DNA from: Squalus acanthias
Taxonomy: Eukaryota
Direction of reading: 5' to 3'
NCBI GenBank assembly: GCA_030390025.1
Contig: CM059438.1
Span: 67,210,001-67,274,000, forward strand
DNA length: 64,000 nucleotides
A program made the translations under genes and the position numbers. This document shows positions 1-11,640 of this stretch, one piece after another. The notes below the pieces were generated by a model, which did no database searches, had not been told where the DNA came from, and saw nothing but the letters and a program-made list of their open reading frames with translations. The stretch's first letter is position 1. Each line of letters starts with the position of its first letter.

Positions 1-37
1 CCGCTGGGCGGATGGGGGAGGGAGTTAAATCAATCCC

Positions 38-220
38 ATTATCTGGTCATTTCTCATTGCTGTTTGTGGGACCTGGCTGTGGGCAATTTGACTGCTGCGT
101 TTCCCAATTTGAAACAGTGACTGCTCTTCAAAAAAGGACTTCATTGGCTACGAGACGTTTTGGGAAATCCTGAAGTCATGAAAGGCGCTATGTAAGAACA
201 CGTTTTTTTTCTTTACTTCT
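38..220 (+). mobile_element. DeuSINE (SacSINE1/AmnSINE1-like) 3' fragment
   Basis: Matches the 3' half of the full copy at 62530-63010 (attatctggtcatt..cattgctgtttgtggg..gaaaggcgctat + T-rich tail). Confidence 0.8.
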
Positions 221-1728
221 TGATTTATCTCATCTTCTCTCCTACACCTTTAAGCACCTGGTGGGCGGTGTCCTGGTCAGTTGACCTTGGCCTTATATCT
301 GGGTTTCTCAAGGAATATAGCAATCAGACATTTTTGTGTTATAATTCCATTCAGTTGTAACTTTCGGAGTTTTGAAAGTGCATATAATGAAGAGGCGACT
401 GGTACCCAAGGAAGATTATGTTGCAATGTGTATCTCCTGAGAGGAAGATGTATTTAATCGACCTTTCAACTGCCATTTGCACCATGTGGTCAATTGTGAT
501 GCATCTTATGATGAAACAACACTGCCGATAACTTGCTATCCTTGCTCACACATGAAGGTCACCCAGTCCCCGTGAAGCCATGCTCCCACAAGAAGTCAAC
601 ACCTTCCAAAGTGAAGCAAATTTGCCAACTGTGCATTCCAGCAATCCTGTCTGTAGCATCCGCACTGTTGATTTCAGTGGAGCTGCTGACGAGGGTCATC
701 AGAGGTGAGTGTTGCTCTCTTTAGGTGAGTGTTGCTCACCTCCATCATGGGATGGGGGAGGGTTGGCTGCACTTGTGGCACGCTCTCTCGGGCCAGTACC
801 AGGTCCAGCTACTGGAGTCATGGGTGAGTCCATGGAGGAGCCGCTAGATCATCTGTTTTAGTCCCAACTAATCTGCCAACAAAAGCAGTGGAGGTTAGTG
901 GAATACAAATGCTGGTAGCCCTAGTTCCTGCTCATCTCCTCATTAACCTTGAACATTTGGATATCAAGTTTCTGCTATCTCACCCCTGATTAACTTCAGT
1001 GATACCACGTTGTCCTATTTGAACCAAACAATATAACCAGGCCAACTTGGTTACTAGTTTCTTGAGTTAATTCAAGACTGCTGATTTGGTAAACAGGATC
1101 CTTTGTTAACATCATGAGCCAGTTCTTTCAATGATACGATGCTGTCTGTGTTTCTGCTTCAACGCTGCTTTCTCAGAATTGTGAATTTTTAAATGGATTT
1201 GTTGCCAAGGTAATGATAGAAATAACAATTTATATATTTTTTGTGTGATTAGATAAAAACACTGACTGCAAAACCAGGACAGTTGCCAATGTACACAATA
1301 GTGGCCTGCTAAAACAGTGTGACTTATAATAAGTATTTAACATAATGGGAGCCATTTAATTGGATATGTCCATGAAACCAGGTTTAAATCAGCAGACTAT
1401 GTAAAAAAACTGATTAATGCAAAGAACTAAATGCTTGTTGGATACGACTGCAGACCATCCTTGTATGTTTGTTTGCAAGAAAGGTAGTTGGACGTGTTTG
1501 GGAATAATAGACTTAAAACCACCAGGACTTATTGGATCCAGACAAGTAATCTTAAATCCTTGAATGGGCCACAATTAAAATAACATTGGAGCGAGTGTTC
1601 TAATTAACATCCTGGAAGGGTTTGAGTTGATTGTAGAGCTCTGGAATGGAAACTTCCGATGTATCATGCAAAGGAATGTTTGCTTTAAGAAAACAACTGA
1701 CCAACACAGCTTAATAGAATAATATAGT

Positions 1729-2670
1729 TATAGAATCATAGAAGGATACAGAGCAGAAGTAGGATATTCGGCCCATCGTGCCTGTACCGGAACTTTGAAA
1801 GAGCTATCCAATTAGTCCCACTCCCCCGCTCTTTACCCATAGGCCAGCACATTTTTCCCCTTCAAGTATTTATCCAGTTCCCCTTTGAAAGTTATTATTG
1901 AACCTGCTTCCACCATCGTTTCAGGCAGTGCATTCAGATCATAACAACACGCTATGTAAAACAAATTCTCATCTTGCCTCTGGTTCTTTACTTTAAATCT
2001 CTGTTCTCTGGTTACTGATGCTTCTGCCACTGGGAACAGTTTCTCCTCATTTACTCTATGAAAACCCTTCATTTTTGAACACCTTTATTCCATCTCCCCT
2101 TAACTTTCTCTGCTTTAACGAGAACAACCCCAGCTTCTCTAGTTTCTCCACATAACTGAAGTGTCGCATCCCTGTTCCATTCTAGTAAATCTCCTCTGCG
2201 CCCTCTCTAAGTCCTTGATATCCTTCCTAAAGTGTAGTGCCCTGAATTGAATGCAACACTCCAACTAGGACCTAACTAATGATTTGTCACTTTGAAAAAT
2301 ATGGGTTATATCTCCCCTTTTTAGAACAGGGGTGTAACATTTGCAATGTGCCAGTCCTCTCGCACTGGTCCCATATTAAGGAGGATTGGAACATTGTAGT
2401 CAGAGCCGCTGCTATCTCTACCCTTACTTCTCTCAGCAACCTAGAATGCATCCCATCTGGGTGACTTTTCTACTTTAAGCGCTGCCAAACTTTTAAGTAC
2501 TTCCTCTTTATTTAACTCCTATGCAATTTCTCTACTACCTCCTCCTTTACTGTGACATTTGCAGCATCCCCTTCTATAGTGAAGATCGATGCAAAGTACT
2601 CATTTAGTACCTCAGCCAATCCCTCTGCCTCCACAAGAAGATCTCCTTTTGGTCCCTAACCAGTCCCACA
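1729..2670 (-). mobile_element. CR1 LINE, decayed 3' part
   Basis: ORF 1833-2072 gives the CR1 ORF2 C-terminus (RVNEEKLFP..FKGELDKYL); CR1-type tail (ttctatgattcta) on the minus strand. Confidence 0.8.
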
Positions 2671-2671
2671 G

Positions 2672-2837
2672 AGATCGATAGATTTTTGGATATTAAGGGA
2701 ATCAGGGGATATGGGGATAGTGCAGGAAAGTGGAGATGAGGTAGAAGATCAGCCATGATCTTATTGAATGGCAGAGCAGGCTCGAGGGGCCAAATGGCCG
2801 ACTCCTGCTCTTATTTCTTATGTTCTTATGTTCTTAT
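2672..2837 (+). mobile_element. CR1 (HER1-like) 3' end
   Basis: gatcagccatgatcttattgaatggc..ctcgagggg..ctcctgctc followed by (ttcttatg)n; same end at 44240-44401 and 54150-54305. Confidence 0.85.
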
Positions 2838-4192
2838 TAGTATGTGTGTATTTTTATGAATTTGAGAAGGATTTTGGCTTACATTGGCTAGATGATTTGA
2901 GGTGCATTATCTTTTTATATCTCGACAGAATGAGATCAGAAATCTCATGGGTTTGTTTTATATACAGTCAGCCATTGTGGTTGGGTAAGTAATTTTTATA
3001 GATAGTGGTTATTGATTTGGAACACCAAATCAATTGTTATTTTCTGTAGCACAGCAGGAAGACATTTGTACAAGTTATATCTGAAGCTTTATTTTCAAGA
3101 CGACAGCATCAACGATAGAGTTGGAAGTCACCTTGAGATGACATTTGCATGGTTGCTTCTTGCATTGTACAATATCTTTATAAATTGTTCAGTCTCTCGC
3201 TCTCTCAGAAATAGATTAAAGGGGTCAGCAGCTTGCTAAGAGAGACCTTAAGGTGCATGCAGAAGATAGCGAAGAGAAAGAGAGATTACTTACTGCGGTA
3301 TCTTTATTCTTTGAACGTCAATCTCTGCACAAAATACTGTCTGCCACAACACTTAGACCGAGAGGATGTGGATTTGGAAGATTTCATTCAGTATAAGGTA
3401 TTAATCAAAGATGAGCTTAAGAGACACAGACACTTATACGTGACACGACAAGCAGAAGACATATGAAGCTATATCTATGGATAAAAGAATGAAACAAGTG
3501 AACTATTGGACATGTGTGCATGTTCCTCTCCGTTGTAGATGTGAGTATTCTTCATTTCTATTAGAGTGCAGTTACATTGCCTTTTGCCCATGAATGGGAG
3601 GCATTTTCTGACATGAACCTGACTCCCAAGCACACTATAGGGAAGTGTTGTTTGACCCTTGCTAGGAGGCCATCTCATATCTATTTGATATGATATCGGC
3701 TGCAGTATTGCGCCATCTTGGTGAAAAGCCACGTTTCAAAACTACGCTGAAAGCTCTGGGAACTTTTCAAGCTTTGCATGGAATCTGTATAATGTTAGCA
3801 GAAAGAAGACACACCAGCCACCACGCTGCCCATGAACCAGCCCCCCTCCCCGCACCACCCCCCCTCCCAACCCCCGCCCCCCCCCTGCCCCGCCCAGCCC
3901 CACCCCGCCCCATAAGGCACCTGGTAAGTGAAGCTCTGCACGCGTTCTCAAATGCATTTGCACAAAGCTCCTTATCATTCACCTCAGATGAACCTGTATT
4001 ATGGACAATGGACAGTATAATTCCAGTCTCTCAGCTGTGTATCTCTGCACAGATACTGCTTCAAAAGTTACAAACAGTTTCACCTAACAAATGTGTTCTC
4101 ATATTTCTATATTGCTGTAACCTATTTGGCATTCCTGTGAGGTGTGTGTTTGTATTTTCTATTGACTGAGCCATTGTATGCAGTTGAAACAG

Positions 4193-4676
4193 TGGAAGGA
4201 CATGAAGGCTTTGGAGAGGGTACACAAGAGATTTACCAGAATGGTTCCAGGTATGAGGACTGTATATAGACTGGAGAATGTGGGGTTGTTCTCCTTTTGC
4301 AGAGAAGGCTAAGAGGAGATTTGATAGAGGTGTTTAAAATCAGGAGCGGTTTAGATAGAGTAAATAAAGAGAAACTGTTTCCAATGGCTGAAGGGTCGAT
4401 AACCAGAGGGCACAGATTAACCAGAAGCGACATGAGGAAAATCTTGTTACACGACGAGTGGTTAGGATTTGGAATGCACTGTCTGATAGGGTGGTAGATA
4501 CAGATTCAATAAAAGTCTTCAAAAGGGAATTGGATAAATATTTGAAGGAGAAAAAAATGAAAGGATATGGGGAAAGAGCAGGGGAGTGGGACTAACAGGA
4601 TTGCTCTTCGAAAGAGCTGGCGCAGACTCGATGGGCAGAATGATCTCCTTCTGTGCTGTACTATTCTATGATTCTA
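4193..4676 (+). mobile_element. CR1 LINE 3' fragment
   Basis: Translation QRRLRGDLIEVFKI..RVNKEKLFP..TRGH; tail ctattctatgattcta. Confidence 0.9.
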
Positions 4677-5569
4677 AGGTTAAAGAGGTAGGTTTGGAAA
4701 AGACTTTTGAAGCTGGATAGAGAGGCAGAAAACTGAAATGTGTTCTTATATTTCTATATTGCTATAACCTATTTGGCATTCCTGTGATGTGTGTGTTTAT
4801 ATTTTCTGTTGACTGAGCCATTGTATGCAGTTGAAACAGTTAACACTAACCCACTCCCTACCAAAATATTGTTTGGAACATTTTATTCCAATATCCCACT
4901 CGACCTTATATACATAGGATCCTGTAAAATAATTCTGATTTTGATATTTGTTTTGTGATTAAATATTAGTGTAGTCAGAGGAGTGTCCTGGGAATGTAAT
5001 ACCTTTCCACATTGCACTCAGTGACAGTGTTGAACAATCTTAGGTCAAGTGTATCTCTGGCCAAATAAATTTCATCAAAGACATTGCAATCAGACAATTC
5101 TTTCTGCCTGGAGTGGATTTGAACCCAGGTCCCAAAGGAAGCAACAGTATTTTCAAACACTGCAGTATTCAATCCTTTCCTGGTGGAGTTTTGCAGTGTT
5201 TGATGTGATCCTGCAGGACAATTTAATTTTCTTTTTGGAAAAAGGCCTGTGATTCCATAGGATATATCTTATTGAAAAAGTATTCCTGGTGAAAACACCT
5301 ATTATAACAATGACTGTATAACCCCTATAATGTAGTAAATTTCCCAAGACAGGTAACGGAAGAGAAAACAGATGTCAAGCAGCAGTAAGATAAGAATGGG
5401 GAACGTGACTTAAAGGAATGAAAGAACAGAGAGACCTGGGGGTGTCTGTGCACAAATCTCTGAAAGTGGCAGGACAGGTTAATAAAGCAGTTAATAAAGC
5501 ATATGGGAGCCTGGGCTTCATAAATAGAGGTCATGATGCGGAGATGCCGGTGTTGGACTGGGGTGGACA

Positions 5570-6140
5570 AAATTGAGAGGTCGCACAACACCAGGTTATA
5601 GTCCAACAGTTTTATTTGAAATCACAAGCTTTCGGAACTATCGCTCCTTCCTCAGGTGAAGTAAATTGGATACAGAATCGTCAGAGCATATATAGATGGA
5701 AAAAAAAGCATGTGTACTTTACAATTGCAGACCAATAAATTAAATCATCCTGACTATCTGCCGAGGTGTGATAAAGTTAATTAAGTCAGCCAGGAAGGTA
5801 CCACATCAAAAGACATAGCAAGATACAACTGAGACAATGAGGTGAAGTCGCAGGGGTTCTAACGTGTCAAAAGCTGCCGTCTGTATGTAAAACGAAAAGC
5901 TTTAAAAAAAAAAATTTACTTTTTTACTGGGAAAATTTTTACTTTTTTACTGGGAATCACATCTGTGAACAAGCTAACGACGACTCGAGTCCGGATCACG
6001 TCATGTATCGTGACATAAACCCAAGATCCCGATTGAGACCGTCTTCATGAGTGCAGAACTTGGCTATCAGTTTCTGCTCGATGATTTTGCGTTGTCGTGT
6101 GTTTCTAAGGTTGCCTTGGAGAACGCTTACCCGCAGATCC
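5570..6140 (-). repeat. Inverted pseudo-LTR, left arm (reverse complement of 8063-8633)
   Basis: Both arms are 571 bp and I saw no mismatch by eye. Minus-strand ORF 5996-6274 reproduces the C-terminus DLRVSVLQG..FMSRYMT. Confidence 0.95.
5622..5659 (-). ncRNA. Minimal type I hammerhead ribozyme (mirror copy)
   Basis: Reverse complement of 8544-8581. Confidence 0.8.
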
Positions 6141-8207
6141 CAAGATGTCAGCAACAAACCCAATGAGACAATCAATGATCCAGAACAGCAGACAGAGGGA
6201 CTCGCAGTGCAGCAACCGAAGAAAAAAGAGTCAAACTGGACCCCTCCGGAGGGTCGCTGCCCCAAGCTTGACATGTATGCTCAAGCTGTCAGGAAATGCA
6301 TCAACGCCAGATTCATCAGCCGCACTCACAAGACAGTCCAGAATGTCACCCGAGCACAACGCAACGCCATCCACGCTCTCAAGACCAACCGCAACATTGT
6401 CATCAAACCAGCGGACAAAGGAGGAGCCATCGTCATACAGAACAGAACGGACTATTGTAAAGAAGCATACCGACAACTGGACAACCAGGAACACTACAGA
6501 CAGCTACCCGCAGATCCGACCAAAGAACACACCCGCCAACTCAATAGACTGATCAAGACCTTCGATCCAGACCTTCAAAACATCCTACGCGCTCTCATCC
6601 CACGTACTCCCCGCGTGGGAGACTTCTACTGCCTCCCAAAGATACACAAAGCCAACACACCCGGACGTCCTATCGTATCAGGCAATGGAACCCTGTGTGA
6701 GAACCTCTCTGGATACGTCGAGGGCATTCTGAAACCCATCGTACAGGGAACCCCCAGCTTCTGTCGCGACACTACAGACTTCTTACAGAAACTCAGCACC
6801 CACGGACCAGTTGAACCAGGAACACTCCTTGCCACGATGGACGTATCGGCACTCTACACCAGTATCCCCCACGATGACGGCATCGCTGCAACAGCCTCAG
6901 TACTCAACATCAACAACAGCCAATCTCCAGACGCCATCCTACAACTCATCCGCTTCATCCTTGACCACAATGTCTTCACCTTCGACAACCATTTTTTTAC
7001 CCAAACACACGGAACAGCCATGGGGACCAAATTCGCACCCCAATACGCCAACATCTTCATGCACAAGTTCGAGCAAGACTTCTTCGCTGCACAGGACCTC
7101 CAGCCAACGCTGTACACCAGATACATCGACGACATTTTCTTCCTTTGGACCCATGGCGAAGGATCACTGAAAAGACTACACGATAACATAAACAAGTTCC
7201 ATCCCACCATCAAACTCACCATGGACTACTCCTCAGAATCGGTCTCATTCCTGGACACACGAATCTCCATCAAAGACGGACACCTCAGCACTTCACTCTA
7301 CCGCAAGCCCACGGACAACCTCACGATGCTCCACTTCTCCAGCTTCCACCCTAACCATGTTAAAGAAGCCATCCCCTATGGACAAGCCCTGCGAATACAC
7401 AGGATCTGCTCAGACGAGGAGGAACGCGATGGACACCTACGGACGCTGAAAAACGCCCTCGTAAGAACGGGATATGACGCTCGACTCATCGATCGACAGT
7501 TCCGACGGGCCACAGCGAAAAATCGCATAGACCTCCTCAGAAGGCAAACACGGGACACAACCAACAGGGTACCCTACGTCGTCCAGTACTTCCCCGGAGC
7601 GGAGAAACTACGACATGTTCTTCGCAGCCTTCAACATGTCATCGATGATGACAAACACCTCGCTAAGGCCATCCCCACGCCTCCACTACTTGCCTTCAAA
7701 CAGCCGCCTAACCTCAGAAGTACCATCGTTCGCAGCAAATTACCCAGCTTTCAGGATAACAGCGACCACGACACCACACAACCCTGCCATGGCAAACTCT
7801 GCAAGACATGCCAGATCATCAACACAGATACCACCATCACACGTGAGGACACTACCCACCAGGTACATGGTACATACTCATGTGACTCGGCCAACGTTGT
7901 CTACCTCATACGTTGCAGGAAAGAATGCACCGCGGCATGGTACATCGGCGAGACCATGCAGACACTGAGACAACGTATGAACGAGCACCGCGCAACAATC
8001 GCCAGGCAGGATTGTTACCTCCCAGTCGGGGAACACTTCAGCAGTCAAGGACATTCCGCCTCGGATCTGCGGGTAAGCGTTCTCCAAGGCAACCTTAGAA
8101 ACACACGACAACGCAAAATCATCGAGCAGAAACTGATAGCCAAGTTCTGCACTCATGAAGACGGTCTCAATCGGGATCTTGGGTTTATGTCACGATACAT
8201 GACGTGA
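6081..8207 (+). CDS. Penelope-type reverse transcriptase / GIY-YIG endonuclease, uninterrupted (native N-terminus lost at 6141)
   Basis: RT motifs IKPADKG, LPKIHK, GRPIVS, MDVSALYTSI, GTAMG, RYIDDIF, FLD; Cys cluster PCHGKLCKTC; GIY-YIG NVVYLIRC..WYIGET..LRQRMNEH..GLN. First in-frame ATG is 6081 (6051 is GTG). Confidence 0.93.
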   Translation: MILRCRVFLRLPWRTLTRRSQDVSNKPNETINDPEQQTEGLAVQQPKKKESNWTPPEGRCPKLDMYAQAVRKCINARFISRTHKTVQNVTRAQRNAIHALKTNRNIVIKPADKGGAIVIQNRTDYCKEAYRQLDNQEHYRQLPADPTKEHTRQLNRLIKTFDPDLQNILRALIPRTPRVGDFYCLPKIHKANTPGRPIVSGNGTLCENLSGYVEGILKPIVQGTPSFCRDTTDFLQKLSTHGPVEPGTLLATMDVSALYTSIPHDDGIAATASVLNINNSQSPDAILQLIRFILDHNVFTFDNHFFTQTHGTAMGTKFAPQYANIFMHKFEQDFFAAQDLQPTLYTRYIDDIFFLWTHGEGSLKRLHDNINKFHPTIKLTMDYSSESVSFLDTRISIKDGHLSTSLYRKPTDNLTMLHFSSFHPNHVKEAIPYGQALRIHRICSDEEERDGHLRTLKNALVRTGYDARLIDRQFRRATAKNRIDLLRRQTRDTTNRVPYVVQYFPGAEKLRHVLRSLQHVIDDDKHLAKAIPTPPLLAFKQPPNLRSTIVRSKLPSFQDNSDHDTTQPCHGKLCKTCQIINTDTTITREDTTHQVHGTYSCDSANVVYLIRCRKECTAAWYIGETMQTLRQRMNEHRATIARQDCYLPVGEHFSSQGHSASDLRVSVLQGNLRNTRQRKIIEQKLIAKFCTHEDGLNRDLGFMSRYMT

Positions 8208-8633
8208 TCCGGACTCGAGTCGTCGTTAGCTTGTTCACAGATGTGATTCCCAGTAAAAAAGTAAAAATTTTCCCAGTAAAAAAGTAAATTTTTTTTTTTA
8301 AAGCTTTTCGTTTTACATACAGACGGCAGCTTTTGACACGTTAGAACCCCTGCGACTTCACCTCATTGTCTCAGTTGTATCTTGCTATGTCTTTTGATGT
8401 GGTACCTTCCTGGCTGACTTAATTAACTTTATCACACCTCGGCAGATAGTCAGGATGATTTAATTTATTGGTCTGCAATTGTAAAGTACACATGCTTTTT
8501 TTTCCATCTATATATGCTCTGACGATTCTGTATCCAATTTACTTCACCTGAGGAAGGAGCGATAGTTCCGAAAGCTTGTGATTTCAAATAAAACTGTTGG
8601 ACTATAACCTGGTGTTGTGCGACCTCTCAATTT
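8063..8633 (+). repeat. Pseudo-LTR, right arm (ORF end + 3' UTR)
   Basis: Reverse complement of 5570-6140. Confidence 0.95.
8544..8581 (+). ncRNA. Minimal type I hammerhead ribozyme
   Basis: tcac-CTGAGGA-a-ggagc(gata)gttcc-GAAA-gc-TT-gtga: stem I tcac/gtga, CUGANGA core, stem II, GAAA, palindromic AAGCTT in place of stem III. Such motifs are known from Penelope pLTRs. Confidence 0.82.
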
Positions 8634-8649
8634 CATAAATAGAGACATA

Positions 8650-9382
8650 GGCTGGATTTCCTCAGCCCCGAGGAGGCGGGTGTGGAGGCGTGACTGCCGG
8701 GAAAGTTGCAGAAAGTGAGGGCGGGTGGCTAACAGGTAGTTAACAGGCAGAAAATAGGATTATCCCCATTTTTCGTTCTGAAGTGCGGGCTTCCCGACCT
8801 GGGGGAATCCCACCAGAGTGTAGGAGCCAAGTAAAAGGTCTGCGCGGGGTCGGAGGGGTCTGAAAGTGCGCTGTAGATGTGAGTGATGGGTGCAAGTGTG
8901 GAGTGGTAAGTATGTGAGGTGAGTGTAAAGTGTTAGAAAATGTTAACTTACCTTTGTTTCTGCCTACAGCCTTCAGCTGCTGTGGAGCTGGAGTCCCCGA
9001 CATCTCCATTGTAGAGATCACAGACTGGCTGTTGGATCCTCCGATCCAACAGTCATCGGATTTCTACAAAGTAGAAAGGTTTAATGAGTCCTGAACACAA
9101 GGTCTCATCAAACTACACAGAATGTCAGTGTTTGACAGCTTCACAGAGCTGTCAAGCGATGACATTTCTTCTTTCAAAAATTCTTGACAGATGACACGTC
9201 ATACGTTGACGTGCTCTGTCACTGACTTCCCCCTAATTGGCCTGCTGAGCCCGCCGGGCGGGCTTAACAAGGTCAATCAGGGGAAGATCCCGCTGGTTGG
9301 CCAGAGGCTGATGGAGGTGGGACTGAAACCAGGCAAGCAACAGTCCCGCCTCCAACACATCTCCATTTATAAAATCCAGCCC
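8650..9382. mobile_element. Non-autonomous Harbinger-like element, family M1
   Basis: TIR ggctggattt/aaatccagcc(c); 3-bp TSD ATA; interrupts a CR1 (..atagagac-ata-gagtacaaaagc). Confidence 0.8.
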
Positions 9383-9950
9383 ATAGAGTACAAAAGCCAC
9401 AAACCTATATAAAACACTAGTTCGGGCCCAGCCTGAGTATTGTGTCCAATTCTGGGCACCACACTTTAGGAAAGACATGAACGCTTTGGAGAGGGTACAG
9501 AAGAGATTTACCAGAATGGTTCCAAGTTTGAGCGCTGTGGATAGACTGGAGAAGCTGGGGTTGTTCTCCTTAGAGCAGAGAAGGCTAAGAGGAGATTTGA
9601 TAGAGGTGTTTAAAATCAGGAGCGGTTTAGATAGAGTAAATAAAGAGGAACTGTTTCCAATGGCTGAAGGGTCGATAACCAGAGGGCACAGATTAACCAG
9701 AAGCGACATGAGGAAAATCTTGTTACACGACGAGTGGTTAGGATTTGGAATGCACTGTCTGATAGGGTGGTAGATACAGATTCAATAAAAGTCTTCAAAA
9801 GGGAATTGGATAAATACTTGAAGGAGAAAAAAATGCAAGGATATGGGGAAAGAGCAGGGGAGTGGGACTAACTGGATTATTCTTCGAAAGAGCTGGCGCA
9901 GACTCGATGGGCAGAATGATCTCCTTCTGTGCTGTACTATTCTATGATTC
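9383..9950 (+). mobile_element. CR1 LINE 3' part (its upstream part at about 5420-5529 is separated by the PLE and M1)
   Basis: ALERVQKRFTRMVP..RLEKLGLFSLEQRRLRGDLIEVFKI. Confidence 0.9.
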
Positions 9951-10810
9951 AAAGGTTATAGAGGTAGGTTTGGAAAAGACTTTTGAAGGTGGATAGAGAG
10001 GCAGAAAGCTGAAATGTGTTCTTATATTTCTATATTGCTACAACCTATTTGGCATTCCTGTGATGTGTGTGTTTATATTTTCTGTTGACTGAGCCATTGT
10101 ATGCAGTTGAAACAGTTAACACTAACCCATTCCCTACCAAAATATTGTTTGGAACATTTTATTCCAATATCCCACTCGACCTTATATACATAGGATCCTG
10201 TAAAATAATTCTGATTTTGATATTTGTTTTGTGATTAAATATTAGTGTAGTCAGAGGAGTGTCCTGGGAATGTAATACCTTTCCACATTGCACTCAGTGA
10301 CAGTGTTGAACAATCTTAGGTCAAGTGTATCTCTGGCCAAATAAATTTCATCAAAGACATTGCAATCAGACAATTCTTTCTGCCTGGAGTGGATTTGAAC
10401 CCAGGTCCCAAAGGAAGCAACAGTATTTTCAAACACTGCAGTATTCAATCCTTTCCTGGTGGAGTTTTGCAGTGTTTGATGTGATCCTGCAGGACAATTT
10501 AATTTTCTTTTTGGAAAAAGGCCTTTGATTCCATAGGATATATCTTATTGAAAAAGTATTCCTGGTGAAAACACCTATTATAACAATGACTGTATAACCT
10601 CAATAATGTAGTAAATTTCCCAAGACAGGTAACAGAAGAGAAAACAGATGTCAAGCAGCAGTAAGATAAGAATGGGGAACGTGACTTAAAGGAATGAAAG
10701 AACAGAGAGACCTGGGGGTGTCTGTGCACAAATCTCTGAAAGTGGCAGGACAGGTTAATAAAGCAGTTAATAAAGCATATGGGAGCCTGGGCTTCATAAA
10801 TAGAGACATA

Positions 10811-11640
10811 GGCTGGATTTTCTCAGCCCCGAGGAGGCGGGTGTGGAGGCGAGACTGCCGGGAAAGTTGCAGAAAGTGAGGGCGGGTGGCTAACAGGTAG
10901 TTAACAGGCAGAAAATAGGATTATCCCCATTTTTCGTTCTGAAGTGCGGGCTCCCCGACCTGGGGAAATCCCCTGCCTGTTAACTACCTGTTAGCCACCC
11001 GCCCTCACTTTCTGCAACTTTCCCGGCAGTCACGCCTCCACACCCGCCTCCTCGGGGCTGAGAAATTGTAGGAGCCAAGTAAGAGGTCTGCACGGTCTGC
11101 ACGGTGTCGGAGGGGTCTGAAAGTGCAATGTAGATGTGAGTGATGGGTGCAAGTGTGGAGTGGTAAGTATGTGAGGTGAGTGTAAAGTGTTAGAAAATGT
11201 TAACTTACCTTTGCTTCTGCCTACAGCCTTCAGCCGTTGTGGAGCCGGAGTCCCCGACATCTCCAATGTAGAGATCACAGACTGGTTCTTGTATCTTCCA
11301 ATCCAACAGTCATCTGAATATCTACAAAGTAGAAAGGTTTGATGAGTCCTGAACACAAGGTCTCATCAAACTACACAGATTATCAGTGTTTGACAGCTTC
11401 ACAGAGCTGTCAAACGATGACATTTCTTCTTTCAAAAATTCTTGACAGATGACACATCATACGTTGACGTGCTCTGTCACTGACTTCCCCCTAATTGGCC
11501 TGCTGAGCCCGCCGGGCGGGCTTAACAAGGTCAATCAGGGGAAGATCCCGCTAGTAGGCCAGAGGCTGATGGAGGTGGGACTGAAACCAGGCAAGCAACA
11601 GTCCCGCCTCCAACACGTCTCCATTCATAAACTCCAGCCC
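10811..11640. mobile_element. Family M1 element, duplicate copy with an internal inverted insertion
   Basis: Same TIRs and ATA TSD as 8650-9382; about 10973-11066 is the reverse complement of about 10818-10911. Confidence 0.8.

Larger units (their letters stand above)
5530..8631 (+). mobile_element. Penelope-like retroelement (endonuclease-positive), 5'-truncated with an inverted pseudo-LTR (family A)
   Basis: RT + GIY-YIG ORF; 571-bp inverted arms; 40-bp extension on one arm only (5530-5569); TSD ttcataaatagag at 5517-5529 and 8632-8644; empty site at about 10793-10805. Confidence 0.96.

Noticed and set aside
580..737. Possible host exon ending at AG|GTGAGT (donor duplicated in a 15-bp direct repeat)
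   Set aside because: Short, unrecognisable peptide and no partner exons.
3690..4169. 159-aa proline-rich ORF
   Set aside because: Driven by a C-rich low-complexity tract; no recognisable domain.
4985..5165. LF-SINE-like relic (also 10260-10440 and 18465-18640)
   Set aside because: Only a B-box-like gggttcaaatcc and vague similarity; too decayed to assign without an alignment.
5996..6274. Second GIY-YIG gene on the minus strand
   Set aside because: Only the last 48 or so codons, duplicated by the inverted pLTR.
5570..8633. DNA transposon with long TIRs, or an LTR retrotransposon
   Set aside because: No transposase, gag or integrase; the repeat includes the ORF end; RT + GIY-YIG defines a Penelope-like element.
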